Shown: piece after piece, positions 25,511 through 37,199 of the stretch
How the letters are laid out: the number at the start of each line of letters is the position of its first letter
How positions within the stretch are numbered: position 1 is the stretch's first letter
NCBI GenBank assembly: GCA_002269645.1
Contig: NIVC01002404.1
Location: 113,495-177,494 of the forward strand
DNA: 64,000 nucleotides
Direction: 5' to 3'
Source of the DNA: Macrostomum lignano
Lineage: Eukaryota
Program-made: the position numbers and the translations under genes
Notes under the pieces: model-generated
What the model was told of the DNA's origin: nothing
Seen by the model: the letters and a program-made list of their open reading frames with translations, nothing else
Database searches by the model: none

Positions 25511-27194
25511 ATCCCGCGGGGTCTTCTTTCCGACGTTCGAGTGCCCCCAATTGCACACTCTACCTCGTAAAAGTAAATTCCAATAAAAAAGCACCGAAAA
25601 GAAGATATTATTTTCATTTTTGTCTTTATTAAGTAGGAAAACTTTGCAATTTCAAAAAAGTTATACATTTATACAAAAGCTACGACTATATAGTAATATA
25701 GTACTACATGCATATGTATATGCACGTCGTGGTACTACAAAAATCGCTCGGAGTATTAATCAGCTTCTTGTTCGATCGTTGTTTGGACTTTGGGAGCATG
25801 TAAGGGTTACATGTATATTACAAACAACTGAGACGACATATGGTTGAATGTCTTTAGAAGTCGCATGATGGTTTTTAATCTCTAATTACGAGTTTAAACT
25901 GCTGTGCAGTCGAAGGAAAGATAAATAATAGAAAGAAAAGCGACTTATTAATAGGCAACCAAAAAATGCATCACAATTTTTGAACACAGCCGATTAAGCA
26001 TAAAAAATTAAAAAATTGCCGACACGTCAATTCTGCAGTTTGAGTTGTTTTTTGTTTGTCTCGATATGCACATCCAAAATTCTGTACAGAAGCTGCCGGC
26101 AAGTGGGTACAAAATTAGGCACGGAAACATTATTAAGAGAATTGTAATTTATGCAGAGTTTTTGCATAGATAGCTGTGAATAGCTGCCTTTTCAACCCAG
26201 TCAGCTATTGCAGGAAGCGAAAAAGCTATAACAATTTAGGAACCAGCTCGATCAATCCAGCCGCGCCTATAGAGAGCCCGCGCGGGACGCGATTCCGGCA
26301 GCTAAAAGTCATTCAGGGTGAGTCAAGGACACACCCCAGGATTAGTGCACAAATGGTTAGCGTATTAACTTGATCAAACAATGCGTCACCTTGACTATGC
26401 AGTACCCTTAAATCGTAGGTTCGCCGCTGCTTGTTTTGCTTCTAGGAGATCGGACAATACCCTGTACAGCAGGAGCAGGAGTTAGAAGACTGGCTGTAGA
26501 AGCCATGTGAGACAGCGCGGTTATCGTTAGCACGAGTGTATTGGGGGGGGGGGGGTAGGGGATATTTTGCGGTCGAGAAGCAATGCACAAATTCTGCGCC
26601 GCATGCCTCCAGTGCTAAATGCATAAGAGCTCCAGATCAGCTCTTGCGGCGTGGTCTGACAAGTCATTTTAGGGATTACCCTGTGCAGCGGGTAGAGATC
26701 TGGCTGCTATTGCTCACAGCTGGGTGGGGCTTCCGGCAGCAGTTCAGAGCCGGACTCTGGCGCTGATTCTCTGGCTACTCACAGTTAAATAGTCCACTAA
26801 ACCGGATACTTGGGAATATGTATAAGAGCAGCCTTTTGTTTAATTAATTAGCTGGCTAATTGGATTTAGCCACATGAATTTGAGTAGTTTTAGTTTCTCT
26901 CCTGTAGGAGAGCCTGCCCCATTAAAAATGCTATGACAACTGGAAAAATGGAGGAAATTTGTACTATTATGAAGCTACCGTAGTCAATAGATACGAGCGT
27001 AGGCTGCAGTTAAAGCAAACAGTTCGTGCATCAAGACTCGGTGTAGCGCGCATTGTCTCGCATCAGTTGCTGGGGTAAGCTCGGGGCTCTGCCGCCGTCA
27101 GTATGATAGTTGCCTATGAAGGAGCCCTCCTCTGCGTACTCACCTGAAATCCAGGTGGGAACAATTTACACGCATTTAGGCTTGACTCAATTAG

Positions 27195-29864
27195 TTAATT
27201 GTGCTCAAAATCAATATTTGAAAAGGGAATATTATTCTCACGATAGTCGATTTCCTCTACGCTAGCTCGAGCAGAGCTCTCCTCGGAGAGTCCGCTGACG
27301 AGGGAGAGCTTGTGCGCGTACTGGTTGGTCTCCCAGACTCCGTCATGACCGTCATGTTGCTGTTGATATTCGCTGAATACCTCAGCGCGAGCCTCCGCCT
27401 GGGGATTGTAGCCACGTCGGAGCTCCTGCTGGGCTACCTGGTAGGTGCGCTCGGATTCTCTGGTTGCCATGCGGATGCCGATAGCTAGGCCGACGAGCAG
27501 CAACAGCGATACAACAGTGACTGCCAAGATTTGAGCGCTAGCGCCAGCTAATTGATTCTGAGAGGCCTGAGGCTGTTTTAAGCTCAGCGCCACCGTGAGG
27601 TCCCGCAGCTGGTCATCGGCATCGAAGTCGGTGGAGTAGAAGCACAGAGAGTCCTGTCGGCAGTCGTAGGCGAGCACCGATTCCCCAGGAACCACTGGCG
27701 GCTTTCGCATCTCCAGGCTACCGAGACTCACGGATGGCGGATAGCGCAGGTTGAATACCGGGGTGACATTCTGACGGTCAGCGAGTTCCGGACCAAGAGA
27801 CGGGTGGATCCAGATGGCCACTCGGCCTCGAGAGTTGTCAGTTTCCAGGGTGCAGGCCGACCTGTCTTGCAGAAGAGGGGAGCGGGGGAACAACGGTCGC
27901 GAGCCCAGCTTGAGAAAGAGTTGCAGCTCAACGCCAACTCTGTTGAGATAACTGATTATTTCATCCGACAGACGGAACTCAAAAAATGTGCCGTTGTTTT
28001 GATTCCAGCCTTGTGCGGAGCAGATGTCAGTTATATTAATGATAAAATATTGTATTTTTAGACTTCTGATAAATACAACTTCACTGCCAGAACTTCTGAT
28101 ATAGTAATCTGAGGCGCCAATCCTTTGTGATTCGGAGGAGTTCACGGAAGCTTTGCACTCAAAATGGTGACTGAAGTTGGTGCCCAGTGATGGATTAGCT
28201 GGGGGAACGCGAATCACGTCCATTGACAAAGTTTTACTTGAAGTCGAAGTTGAGGTCGTAGTCACGCTCATCCAATTGTCTCCACTTGAAACCTTCTGGC
28301 GAAATGCCTCATCTGTTAGACGGTCCCACTTCACCTTGTCGTTACTAACAATAGGCATGTAGAACGTTGGCTCCAATGCGACCGACTTCAATCCAGAAAA
28401 CGTCACTGTACAGCTGTAGGACAGAGATCCACCCTCCATCGCGAACACCTTCTCAGGCAATAGACCGGAACTATCAGATTTTGGACTCCCGCCGTGGCCA
28501 AAATTCTGAGCGAAGTGCGGCATCGAGACCACAGTGATGTCAAACTCGAAGCGCTTTGATTCAGCCTCACATCTGTAGATCCCGGAATGAGCACCGGACA
28601 CCGAAGATGTAAACTCGATGATGTTGCCAGTCTTTGACACTCGAATGCCATCCAACAGATTCCATTCCTCCTGCTGCGACGGCATCAAGGGTTTTCCATT
28701 GCGATAAAACCGGTAGACCTCGCTCATGTCGCTACACAGAATGGGACAGACGATGGCATTGTTGTCCATGCCGGTCATCAGAGTCACTTTACTGGCAACG
28801 TTCGGCACTACTTCGCAGTTTCGAGACACCACAGTGCTGTTACAGCCCAGGTATGAAACTTCTCCTAGAGGAATTCTTAGTCTGACGGGACCAGTGCTCA
28901 CGTAGGGCTCTGAGTCCCCAGTGACGGATGCGATGGTACAAATTCCGATTGAATATTGAGGCTTGCAGTCTTGAAAGAAAAGCTGGATCTCTCTGCTTAG
29001 GCCGCATGTTGAAAACCAGAGCTTGCCGTCTCTCAAATTCAGGTATAGCAGCTTGGCGTGGTTTTTGTGCATCGAATCCATTTTTGAGTGATAATTAACG
29101 ATGAGAATGGACTTGCCCAGCTGGTAGGTGATGCAAGATGACGAATCGAAGTACAAAATCATGCCCAAATTGAGCTTCGCCCTGAGAAACTCCGGCGCTT
29201 CAGCAACCAGTCCGACGATCTCGGAGCTAAGAAAGTCGACGCTGGAAAAGGTATCATTGTTGCTGAAAATGTTGGTGGCGAATCTGGTTGCATCCCGGGT
29301 GAGAAAGCTGGGAGTGACCGAGTTCGCATCGACTAGCGCCCGCGAAGGGACAGCCGTGATGGGATCGAGGTTCCAGATGCGCAGCGGTCTGGACACGAGA
29401 AGGCCGGTGGAAAACTCTACTCGGACGAGCAGCTCCAGCGCTCCCTTGAACACGTCCTGCCGAGCAAGGCCGGACTGCCCGATGTACAGACTGTAGTCTA
29501 CGCGGCTTCTGTCGCTCAGCGATATCCTGAATGGTAGAGAATCTGGGCAGCGAGTTGCCGCAGTGACGGCCGCTCCAACCGAGCCAAGGTCGACCGTGTC
29601 CGAGACGGCGGACTTCGGACACCGGAAAATCAACAGGCGCCGCAGCCCGACGCCCGTGTCGCCGTGCACGCGCAGCCGGACGCCGATTTTGTTGCCGGCG
29701 CGAAGCACCGCCATAGCGTCGGAGTTGCCAACCTCCCAGACGTCGTCCCAGTTAAGTAGCAGCTTGGCAGATGAGGTGCACTCGAAATATGGCGCTCGAG
29801 ACCAGCTGTTAGCTGGGTAGGCTGCGAAGCAGAGCAATGCAATCAATAGCAGGCAGTTGTTCAT
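27195..29864 (-). CDS. Intronless type I membrane protein, paralogue 1 (~889 aa): signal peptide, unknown Cys-containing region, two Ig-like domains, TM, short tail
   Basis: Uninterrupted ORF 27195-29933. The likely start is Met24 (MNNCLLLIALLCFAAYPANS). Ig-like motifs IVCPILC...YRFYRNG...HSGIYRC and SLSYSC...HFEC; TM ILAVTVVSLLLLVGLAIGI. Colinear with two downstream paralogues. Confidence 0.92.
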   Translation of the reverse strand: MNNCLLLIALLCFAAYPANSWSRAPYFECTSSAKLLLNWDDVWEVGNSDAMAVLRAGNKIGVRLRVHGDTGVGLRRLLIFRCPKSAVSDTVDLGSVGAAVTAATRCPDSLPFRISLSDRSRVDYSLYIGQSGLARQDVFKGALELLVRVEFSTGLLVSRPLRIWNLDPITAVPSRALVDANSVTPSFLTRDATRFATNIFSNNDTFSSVDFLSSEIVGLVAEAPEFLRAKLNLGMILYFDSSSCITYQLGKSILIVNYHSKMDSMHKNHAKLLYLNLRDGKLWFSTCGLSREIQLFFQDCKPQYSIGICTIASVTGDSEPYVSTGPVRLRIPLGEVSYLGCNSTVVSRNCEVVPNVASKVTLMTGMDNNAIVCPILCSDMSEVYRFYRNGKPLMPSQQEEWNLLDGIRVSKTGNIIEFTSSVSGAHSGIYRCEAESKRFEFDITVVSMPHFAQNFGHGGSPKSDSSGLLPEKVFAMEGGSLSYSCTVTFSGLKSVALEPTFYMPIVSNDKVKWDRLTDEAFRQKVSSGDNWMSVTTTSTSTSSKTLSMDVIRVPPANPSLGTNFSHHFECKASVNSSESQRIGASDYYIRSSGSEVVFIRSLKIQYFIINITDICSAQGWNQNNGTFFEFRLSDEIISYLNRVGVELQLFLKLGSRPLFPRSPLLQDRSACTLETDNSRGRVAIWIHPSLGPELADRQNVTPVFNLRYPPSVSLGSLEMRKPPVVPGESVLAYDCRQDSLCFYSTDFDADDQLRDLTVALSLKQPQASQNQLAGASAQILAVTVVSLLLLVGLAIGIRMATRESERTYQVAQQELRRGYNPQAEARAEVFSEYQQQHDGHDGVWETNQYAHKLSLVSGLSEESSARASVEEIDYRENNIPFSNIDFEHN

Positions 29865-32800
29865 TTTTGACACTGAAATTGCAAACAACTGTTGCTCATT
29901 AGTAATTTGAAATAGTCGTGATTGCAACTGCATCAGACAATTTTAGGGTTAACCTAAATAACCTAAAATTGTCCTAAATATAGAACTGTACATGTTTTTA
30001 ATCATAATTGATTTAGCCAAATTTATAAACTTAAACATCTGATATGAGCCTGAATATAAAAGTGTTCATCGAGACTGTAAAAATACTAATTTGTTTATAA
30101 AAAAGACACAAATATTTTCCTATTTCATTCATAAGTATTTAAAAGTTTTTCGAATACGAAAATACATATTGTTGATAATTTTTTGTATTTCTAATCAAAT
30201 TATTTTTCATTATTCAATAGAAATGTGCTATTAAACTTATAACAAGTGAGTACTCTTAAAACAAAATTAAAATCCCTACGCGAAGGAAAACACATGACTT
30301 TATTGTAGCTTTATTAACAAAAATGTTAAAAACTTTCTATTAACTCATCATAAAATCTCTGTAATAGATGAAAATTAAAAAGTGTATATAACAGTTAATT
30401 TATATTTATTTAATGATTAATAAAATCGCTAAATAATCTGTAAATAAGGATGTAAAAACAGCAGAAAGGTATACAGGTTGTAACTGGACTCTTTTAAAAA
30501 ATTCTTTTTTTCACGTATAATACTTTAATACTTAATATAATATTTTAATAGTTCTATCCGATTCCTAAACTCTATTTCATTAAACGACTCAAATTAGTCC
30601 GAGTTGTTTTGAATTAGTTCCATTTCTTATTACGAGAAATCTTAACAAAACATCGTGTTATTTACATAAGTTAAATATTTATATAAAAAAATGTAGTCTT
30701 ATCTACTTATAATATTTATATCAGTTTTAGTCATATCTGCCATTTATACTTGCATACAAACACGCCCAACCAATAAATTACGGATGACCTCTGTAGAATA
30801 ACGTTTCAATGGTTTTTTTGATTGATTAAAAAGTACGAGAGTAATCATACGCGTTCTCTTCAGCTCCTTTTAGTAACTGACCCGCGTTGTAGTCAGCGGT
30901 AAACAGAGAGGACGTATTCGTATCTATGGCGGTGAGAGGGAATCTCAGCCATCCTGCTGTTTACGCTGATAATTTCAAGCAGCGTCGACTTAAGTTTCCT
31001 CCTGATCCAGACTTCAGATGCAAGAGGATTTGGATGCAAGAGAAGTCAGTAACCTGTATTTGTGCAGCTCATATTTGCAAGGCGGGAGCTTCATGTATGC
31101 GAAAAAATTGGAGAACTTATTCTTATTTCCGTATATTCCACCAGCTTAAACGTAGTTATAAGCTATTAAACAGGTTTTCTATAGCTTGTCCTCTCTCTGT
31201 TTCGCTTTGGATGTAGCATCATGATATCTCAGCTGTATTTTAAACGGGGGCAGTAACATATGCAGGAATTTTGCGCCCACTCAGCCCCCAGTGAATACGT
31301 CACTGTGATGGGTTCCGACCTTCGGGCTCCTTGTTAGGAAGCTGTGACGTTGTCAGTTTAAGGTGGTCCCGAAAAGGGCCGTTGGACTGCTGTTCTCCAT
31401 AGTCATTCAACCCTTCAGTTTCACCGTTTCAACTAAACTTTTCCATTCGTTTATTGCGACGTTTACTTGTAGTAGTGCCCAACGATTTTGTGGCAATTTC
31501 TAATTCACTGTATATTTTGCTATCCTCTCTCGCGACCGTATAAAATTGGCACGATCGATAATTTTAAGTTCTCTCGCCAGCCAATGAAATCACTCGTGTT
31601 CGCGCTACCCCCCTCTGCGCTCTTTTATTAAACCCCCCCCCGCCTGGCGGCGGCTCCCTCTCCTGTTCCTTGTTTCCTTCCCTGCGGCCTCTTAGCTGTC
31701 TTATCTGTTTGTCTGGCTGCCTCGAGCCTCCTTATTTCTCACCACGGCCCTTCTGTCTGGGCCAGCCTGCTCACACACTTACTTGACTGTTTCACGCCAC
31801 GACCGACGCCAAACTCGCCACTACGTTTCACTGCCTTCACTGTGCTCATAGCCACTGCTCACGTCACGTCGCCATTGTGTCATTCGCCTGCCACTTGACT
31901 TCATATCCAAATTATATTCAACCCATTGTTGCAGCCGCCAGTGCCCAGAAAGCTATAGTCTGTTTATTGCCAGTAACAACCAAACTTAATACTGATATTA
32001 ACAATAAAGACAACTACGGCAGTTCCTGCCTTTATCGCCAAGTGCTCCGCTACAAAATCCGCTTTACAAGAATTGACTTCAACTTATTTTGGGACTAAAA
32101 CGGCCCTTTTAAGGGTCACCGCATAGCTGGCCGCTACGCCAATAACGTGACAAAGCCTTCGGGCCTCAGGCCTCAGAAATAAATCAATTAGAGTCCTGGC
32201 CCCCCACTCCTGTCAGATGGTCAGCCCCATGGTAGCTTGATCGTGTGGCGAGCAGTCTAGGTCCTATAGCTAAGAGAGGGACAGCGAGAGACAAGCAGGG
32301 AGAATTTTGAAGGTAGAAATTAGCTCATCCGCAGACTAAGCTAACTCGCTGCCACCAGCCCGTGCGTCCTGGCTCACCACACCGGGACTCTCGAAATCGG
32401 GCTTCCGACTAGAAGGGGCTTTGCGCTTACCTGCCAACTAGTGTCTTTTTGCTGTCTATCTCGAAGTCATAGCCGATGATAAGGGACACTGCTGGGACTA
32501 GATCGCATTGGCCATGCAGGTACAGAGGGGACTTGTGCAGGGGATTCTTGCAGTGGCGAGTCTATGGGGTAGCTACATGTACTATTACATTGCTAAATAC
32601 GAAGATATGTACTTTTGGCCTTCAACGCGCCAACTAGCCTCTCATAGCGCTGATGTTAGACTAACTCGAACTTCAGAGACCTCGCATGATTCATTACCCG
32701 AGCCGCTTGGCTAACCTAGAGTGCACAGAGTACATCTCCGGAGCCGATTCTGCACTGCTGGCAGTTTTGCTCACTGATTTGATTGATTGATCGACTGAGA

Positions 32801-34333
32801 ACCACCTTGCCATTGGTCCACTGTGACCGGCGCCTACTAGCTTAGCTACTCATCTGAGCCATCGGTGAACAAAGAAACAAAACCGATAAAAATAAATGTT
32901 AGATTTAACCTTCTCCTAAGATCACTTCACACTTCAGATTGAATTGGAGTTTTAGACTACTAGCAGTATTATTGAATGATTTCTGCCTCAGTAACAGCAC
33001 TACTGAACAAAATGAGCAAAAGTGTGCGCCTAATCCAGCTACTGAAACCGGGGACAGATAGGGGATCACCCAATCAAGCAAGTCTAGGTAGCCTCTCACC
33101 CAACCAATCAGAAACTCAACAGCCGGAGACCAGGTAATCCACAGTGACCGAATCGGCTTGATGCTCTGTAGCTGTAGACTCAGGATGATGCTGATACAAT
33201 CTTCGCTAATAGCTAGCAGGTGATGATCTTCGCTTAATGTTCGCTGCTGACGACCGGGGGATTCGTCCTTGATGATGATGGGGGGAAGTCGCAATCCGGG
33301 GATCAAGAAACGACGGTCGCGCTCCGGGAACCAGAAGTTGCGTGCTGGACCCGAGCAAGTGGGAGTCCGAGCGGGCCAAAACTCCGGTTTAAATAGCCGC
33401 CAACTGGACCGCAGTTTGTTATAATGGAACACGTCGATTCTGATTGGCCGAGCCGTTTTGTTAAAATGAGCGCTGAATTTTCTGATTGGCTAAGCTTGTT
33501 GCCACCCAGAATCACGTGACCGAGAGATCCTATCAGTTCCCACAGGGTCGTAAAAAGATGACAGGTGCGGCCATAAATCACTCAAAATCGCAACAAAATG
33601 ATTTATGACTTTTCGCGTCGGATTGACAGAAATTAATGAAAAAATATACATTAGAAAGCTCTTATTAAATAGAAAGTGAAGATAATGAAGAGAAATTGCT
33701 AATCGTTAATCCCAAGGTACTTTTAGGGGTAAAACGCATAGCTGTCAAAGCTGTCACACGCTTGAGTGAATCCGAACAATAGGCTCTGACCTCATAAATC
33801 TTGATGGCCTGTCAAAATGATGAGAAAAAAGCTACCGCCCGCATCCTCTCAGACCATCTGGCGCCCGTCTCAACACTGAGTGAGGCGCAGGTGGCTGTCA
33901 GACCAGCTTCGAAAGCGATGATTTATGACCCAAAAAGCAATGCCTATGTTATTATGACTACTAGTATGGCCAGACATTATATCTAGTATAGATTCTATGA
34001 CAATTTGCAGAAAAAGGATAAAAATGCCCCTTGCCCACTGTTAGTAGGCAAGTAAGTTTAGAGCCCATGTGCTAGCGCGGGATTTGGGAAAAAGTGCGTC
34101 CTCATCAACTGCATGACAGCCTTAAATATATTGAAAAAAAATCTGAAGAAAATGGAATTGTTTTCATCAATTTCTATAAATGCTCTATTCTGCATGGTTT
34201 CATATTCTGCTACAAGACTTCTTAGACGAGGAGGAGACAGCATTATTATTCATTCACAGCTAATTCAGCTGTCAGAAGAATGAACACTGAACAGTGTCAG
34301 TTAGATAGGAAGGCGAAAATCAACATTAAATTT

Positions 34334-34376
34334 ATGGCGACGCGTTTCGCACGAAACTGTGCATCTTCAAGCTAGG
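34334..34376 (-). ncRNA. Penelope-type minimal hammerhead-ribozyme-like motif (degenerate)
   Basis: The minus strand reads CCTAGC TTGAAGA T GCAC-AGTTTC-GTGC GAAAC GCGTC GCCAT: core, stem II, GAAA, palindromic ACGCGT helix III and a GUC site. Core C3 is U and stem I is weak. Confidence 0.45.
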
Positions 34377-35469
34377 TTTATTTTTGAGCGAAAAAAAACG
34401 AGTGAGAACGGCAATAAATACAAAATTTTTGGGGTTGTAAATTCAATCAGTATTTAATATTTGATATTCAATGTACAGTGGTGATGATGATGTTCCTAGA
34501 ACGTCTTGATGATGTTCCTAGAAGTAGAACTCGCTGCTCCGGAAGTAGCTAGATAGTACCGTTGTACTACCTATCGATTTGCCTGAAAAAAACCTAAAAC
34601 GTTAGCCTTAGACTTGGTAGGGTTGCTGCCACCTTGGTGTGCGGACTCGACGCGTCGGCAGAGTTGTCTATCCGTCACCTGAAATGAAATAACGAAGTCG
34701 CTCGGAGCAAGGCAAATCTGAAAAATGTCTCGACAGTTGATTGTTTCAAAATTGCTGCTCGAACCTGAAGAACCTGAAAATCCTGAAATGAGAGAGGAGA
34801 GCTCGGAGGCAGAGAGACAGCTCCGAACGAGGCCAGGCAGGACGACTCGAGGCTCCGCGCTGCTCCACGAATCTGGAGAAAAATGGCTCCCAGATGCTCT
34901 GTGTTTATAGCCGAGCGGGCCCCCAAAAGTCACGTGAGTTTCATGCGGTGAGCGCGTGAAACTTCCTTATTTGGTCCTCTGAATCATGCGAGCGAACGTG
35001 ATCCAAGGCCAACTTCCAAATAAGGTAAGCCTGTCACGCTGCTGTGGCGTGATTCAAGGTCAGATGCCACGCAAAACTAGCGTGCACAGTCACGTGCTTT
35101 TCTGTGCTAAAAATAGACTTGGGCGGATGAGTCATCCTGTTATGCCTCCTCAGCGCGAGTGGGAAGACATTGAGTGGAGCTGCCCGCGCCTGCTCGGGCG
35201 ATGAGTCATCGGGCAGTAAACACTTCGGCCCAGCACAGGGTAACTCTCTCTCTAGATCAGGTGGACTGAGCTGCTGTGCAGCGGAACACAGAACTCTTAG
35301 GAAAAGCTAGTGAATGCTGCTGAATAGCCAGTTTGCAGCCAGTCACTACACTAGCGAGTAGCGACGCAGATAAACGTAGGAAACGTAGTGAAAATTTCTA
35401 ATTAACTTAGCTGTTTGTTAAAACTAAGGTATAAAATTAGTTTTACGTTAAATTAAATCAATAATAATA

Positions 35470-36047
35470 ATTGATTACACCTGCCCCGATTGGGCCAGAT
35501 GTGCAACCGACAGCTCAACCGCAGCTATTGCGCGGCGTATCTGAAGGCTGCGTACGGCTGTTCAGTCCAAGGACTGGGGGTCGCCACAGTCTTAATTACC
35601 TCACCCTCACCCTCAATTACCTCAGTTAATGCTGGCACCCATTTTACAGCTGGGTGAACTGAAGCAATGCAGAGTTACGAGTGTCTTGCTCAAGGACACG
35701 AACTGTTCCGATTAGATCAGGGGCGTTGCATGGGGCAAAAGGTATGGAGGACATGCCAATGCTTTGTGCCCCCCCACCCATCCTTGTGACCCGTTATAGA
35801 AATCAATAATTTTGCTTCAGGCGATAAAATACAGTATAGCTCCTGCGGTGCCAAAATGAGTATCTGCGGCGCCAAAATGACCGCTGACAACACGAAAACA
35901 ATGTACACGTACATGTAGACATGTAGAATTCTTGGCTTTGTCCCCCCCACCATAAATCCATGGCGACGCTCCTGGTGTGGATCGAGAATCGAACCCCCGA
36001 CCTTTCAGTCGTGAATCCGACGCTCTAACCAGTAGGCTACAATCCCC
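35470..36047 (-). mobile_element. tRNA-derived SINE, copy B, interrupted by a MITE
   Basis: Full SINE body and tail, with the tRNA-like head at 35975-36047. Confidence 0.85.
35718..35974. mobile_element. MITE, same family as 3291-3667
   Basis: CAGGGGCGTTGCA...TGGCGACGCTCCTG terminal inverted repeats; shared internal sequence AGAATTCTTGGCTTTGTCCCCCCCACCATAAA. Confidence 0.8.
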
Positions 36048-37199
36048 TCACATTAAATCAAATTATGCCAAGCCATTTCAACCATATGGCCTTGTGATGA
36101 TTTATGTAATCGCTTATGCACAAGCGGGCCCCTATACGTCTATGTGGGCGCACAGGCAACTCAGGTTCAATAGACGTCTATGCATGAATTCATAATCAGA
36201 CATTTGCGATCTAACTGTGTTAGAAAACGTAGAAGAGAAGCCAACACATAACTCGTAATAGCTGGAATAAGATTTTCAATTTTTGGCAGAATTTTCTTCG
36301 ACGGTGAAATATGTTAGCATACACTCGCTTCAGGATCAACAGGAAGAAGCACCTTAAGCAGATGCTTGATATAAACACTGCTTTTCTATCGTTCATAACT
36401 TTGGAGCGTCACAATAACACGTTCGTATCTTCGCGATTATCTTAAAAATAAATCTTCTGCAAGCAGCTAACCGAAGCATCTGTCCGCCTGGCTTGCAAAC
36501 TTTGGCTTGGTTGCATTTTCACTTAAAGCGATTTTTATCGAATCTCTGAATTTTCATAAATTCTCGACGCAAAAGCATTAAACAGGATTCGCATTGAATT
36601 AAGAAGTTCTGCTTTAGGACAGGTTGACAAATTGCTTCGAGAAAAAACATAAATAGAGGGAGAAGGTCAGCAGGTGATTCATAGATTTGGACTTTCTCCG
36701 TGGAAAGTTGATGGCAAAGTAATTTGAAAGGTTGTAAATGATATAGAAAATAATTATAGTGTGTAAGAACTCTTACCGTATATCTCATAATATAGTGTGC
36801 TTTGTATTTAAGCATTTAATTTTTAACAGTTGCGTGCATAGCGAAAGCTTAATATAATATTTAGATCATTGGCTGAATTAGTGATATCAATGCAGTAATA
36901 GTAAAAAAAACTGGGTGAATTTTATGGCCAATGGGTCAATTAACAGCAAACGTACTATATGTAACTAAATTGTGTAATCCAGTATGTCTTAAATTCGGTT
37001 TCTGATTGACTTTTTATAATAAAAGTAGGAAATTTCTGAGTACATGTAGCTATTTTAATTAAACCACCACGTCTAATCACTAAGCGATTTTTAACATCTT
37101 TGCACTGTCTCTCCTGACGTAAAGACTTGGATAAGAGTAACACTATCTACGACGCATGCACATTCTGTCTGTGCTGTCTGTCGATGTGTCATATCGCAA

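Noticed and set aside
27138-27146. Perfect CAG|GTGAGT donor about 50 nt after the paralogue 1 stop
   Set aside because: No partner acceptor or coding exon could be identified. At most it marks a 3' UTR intron.
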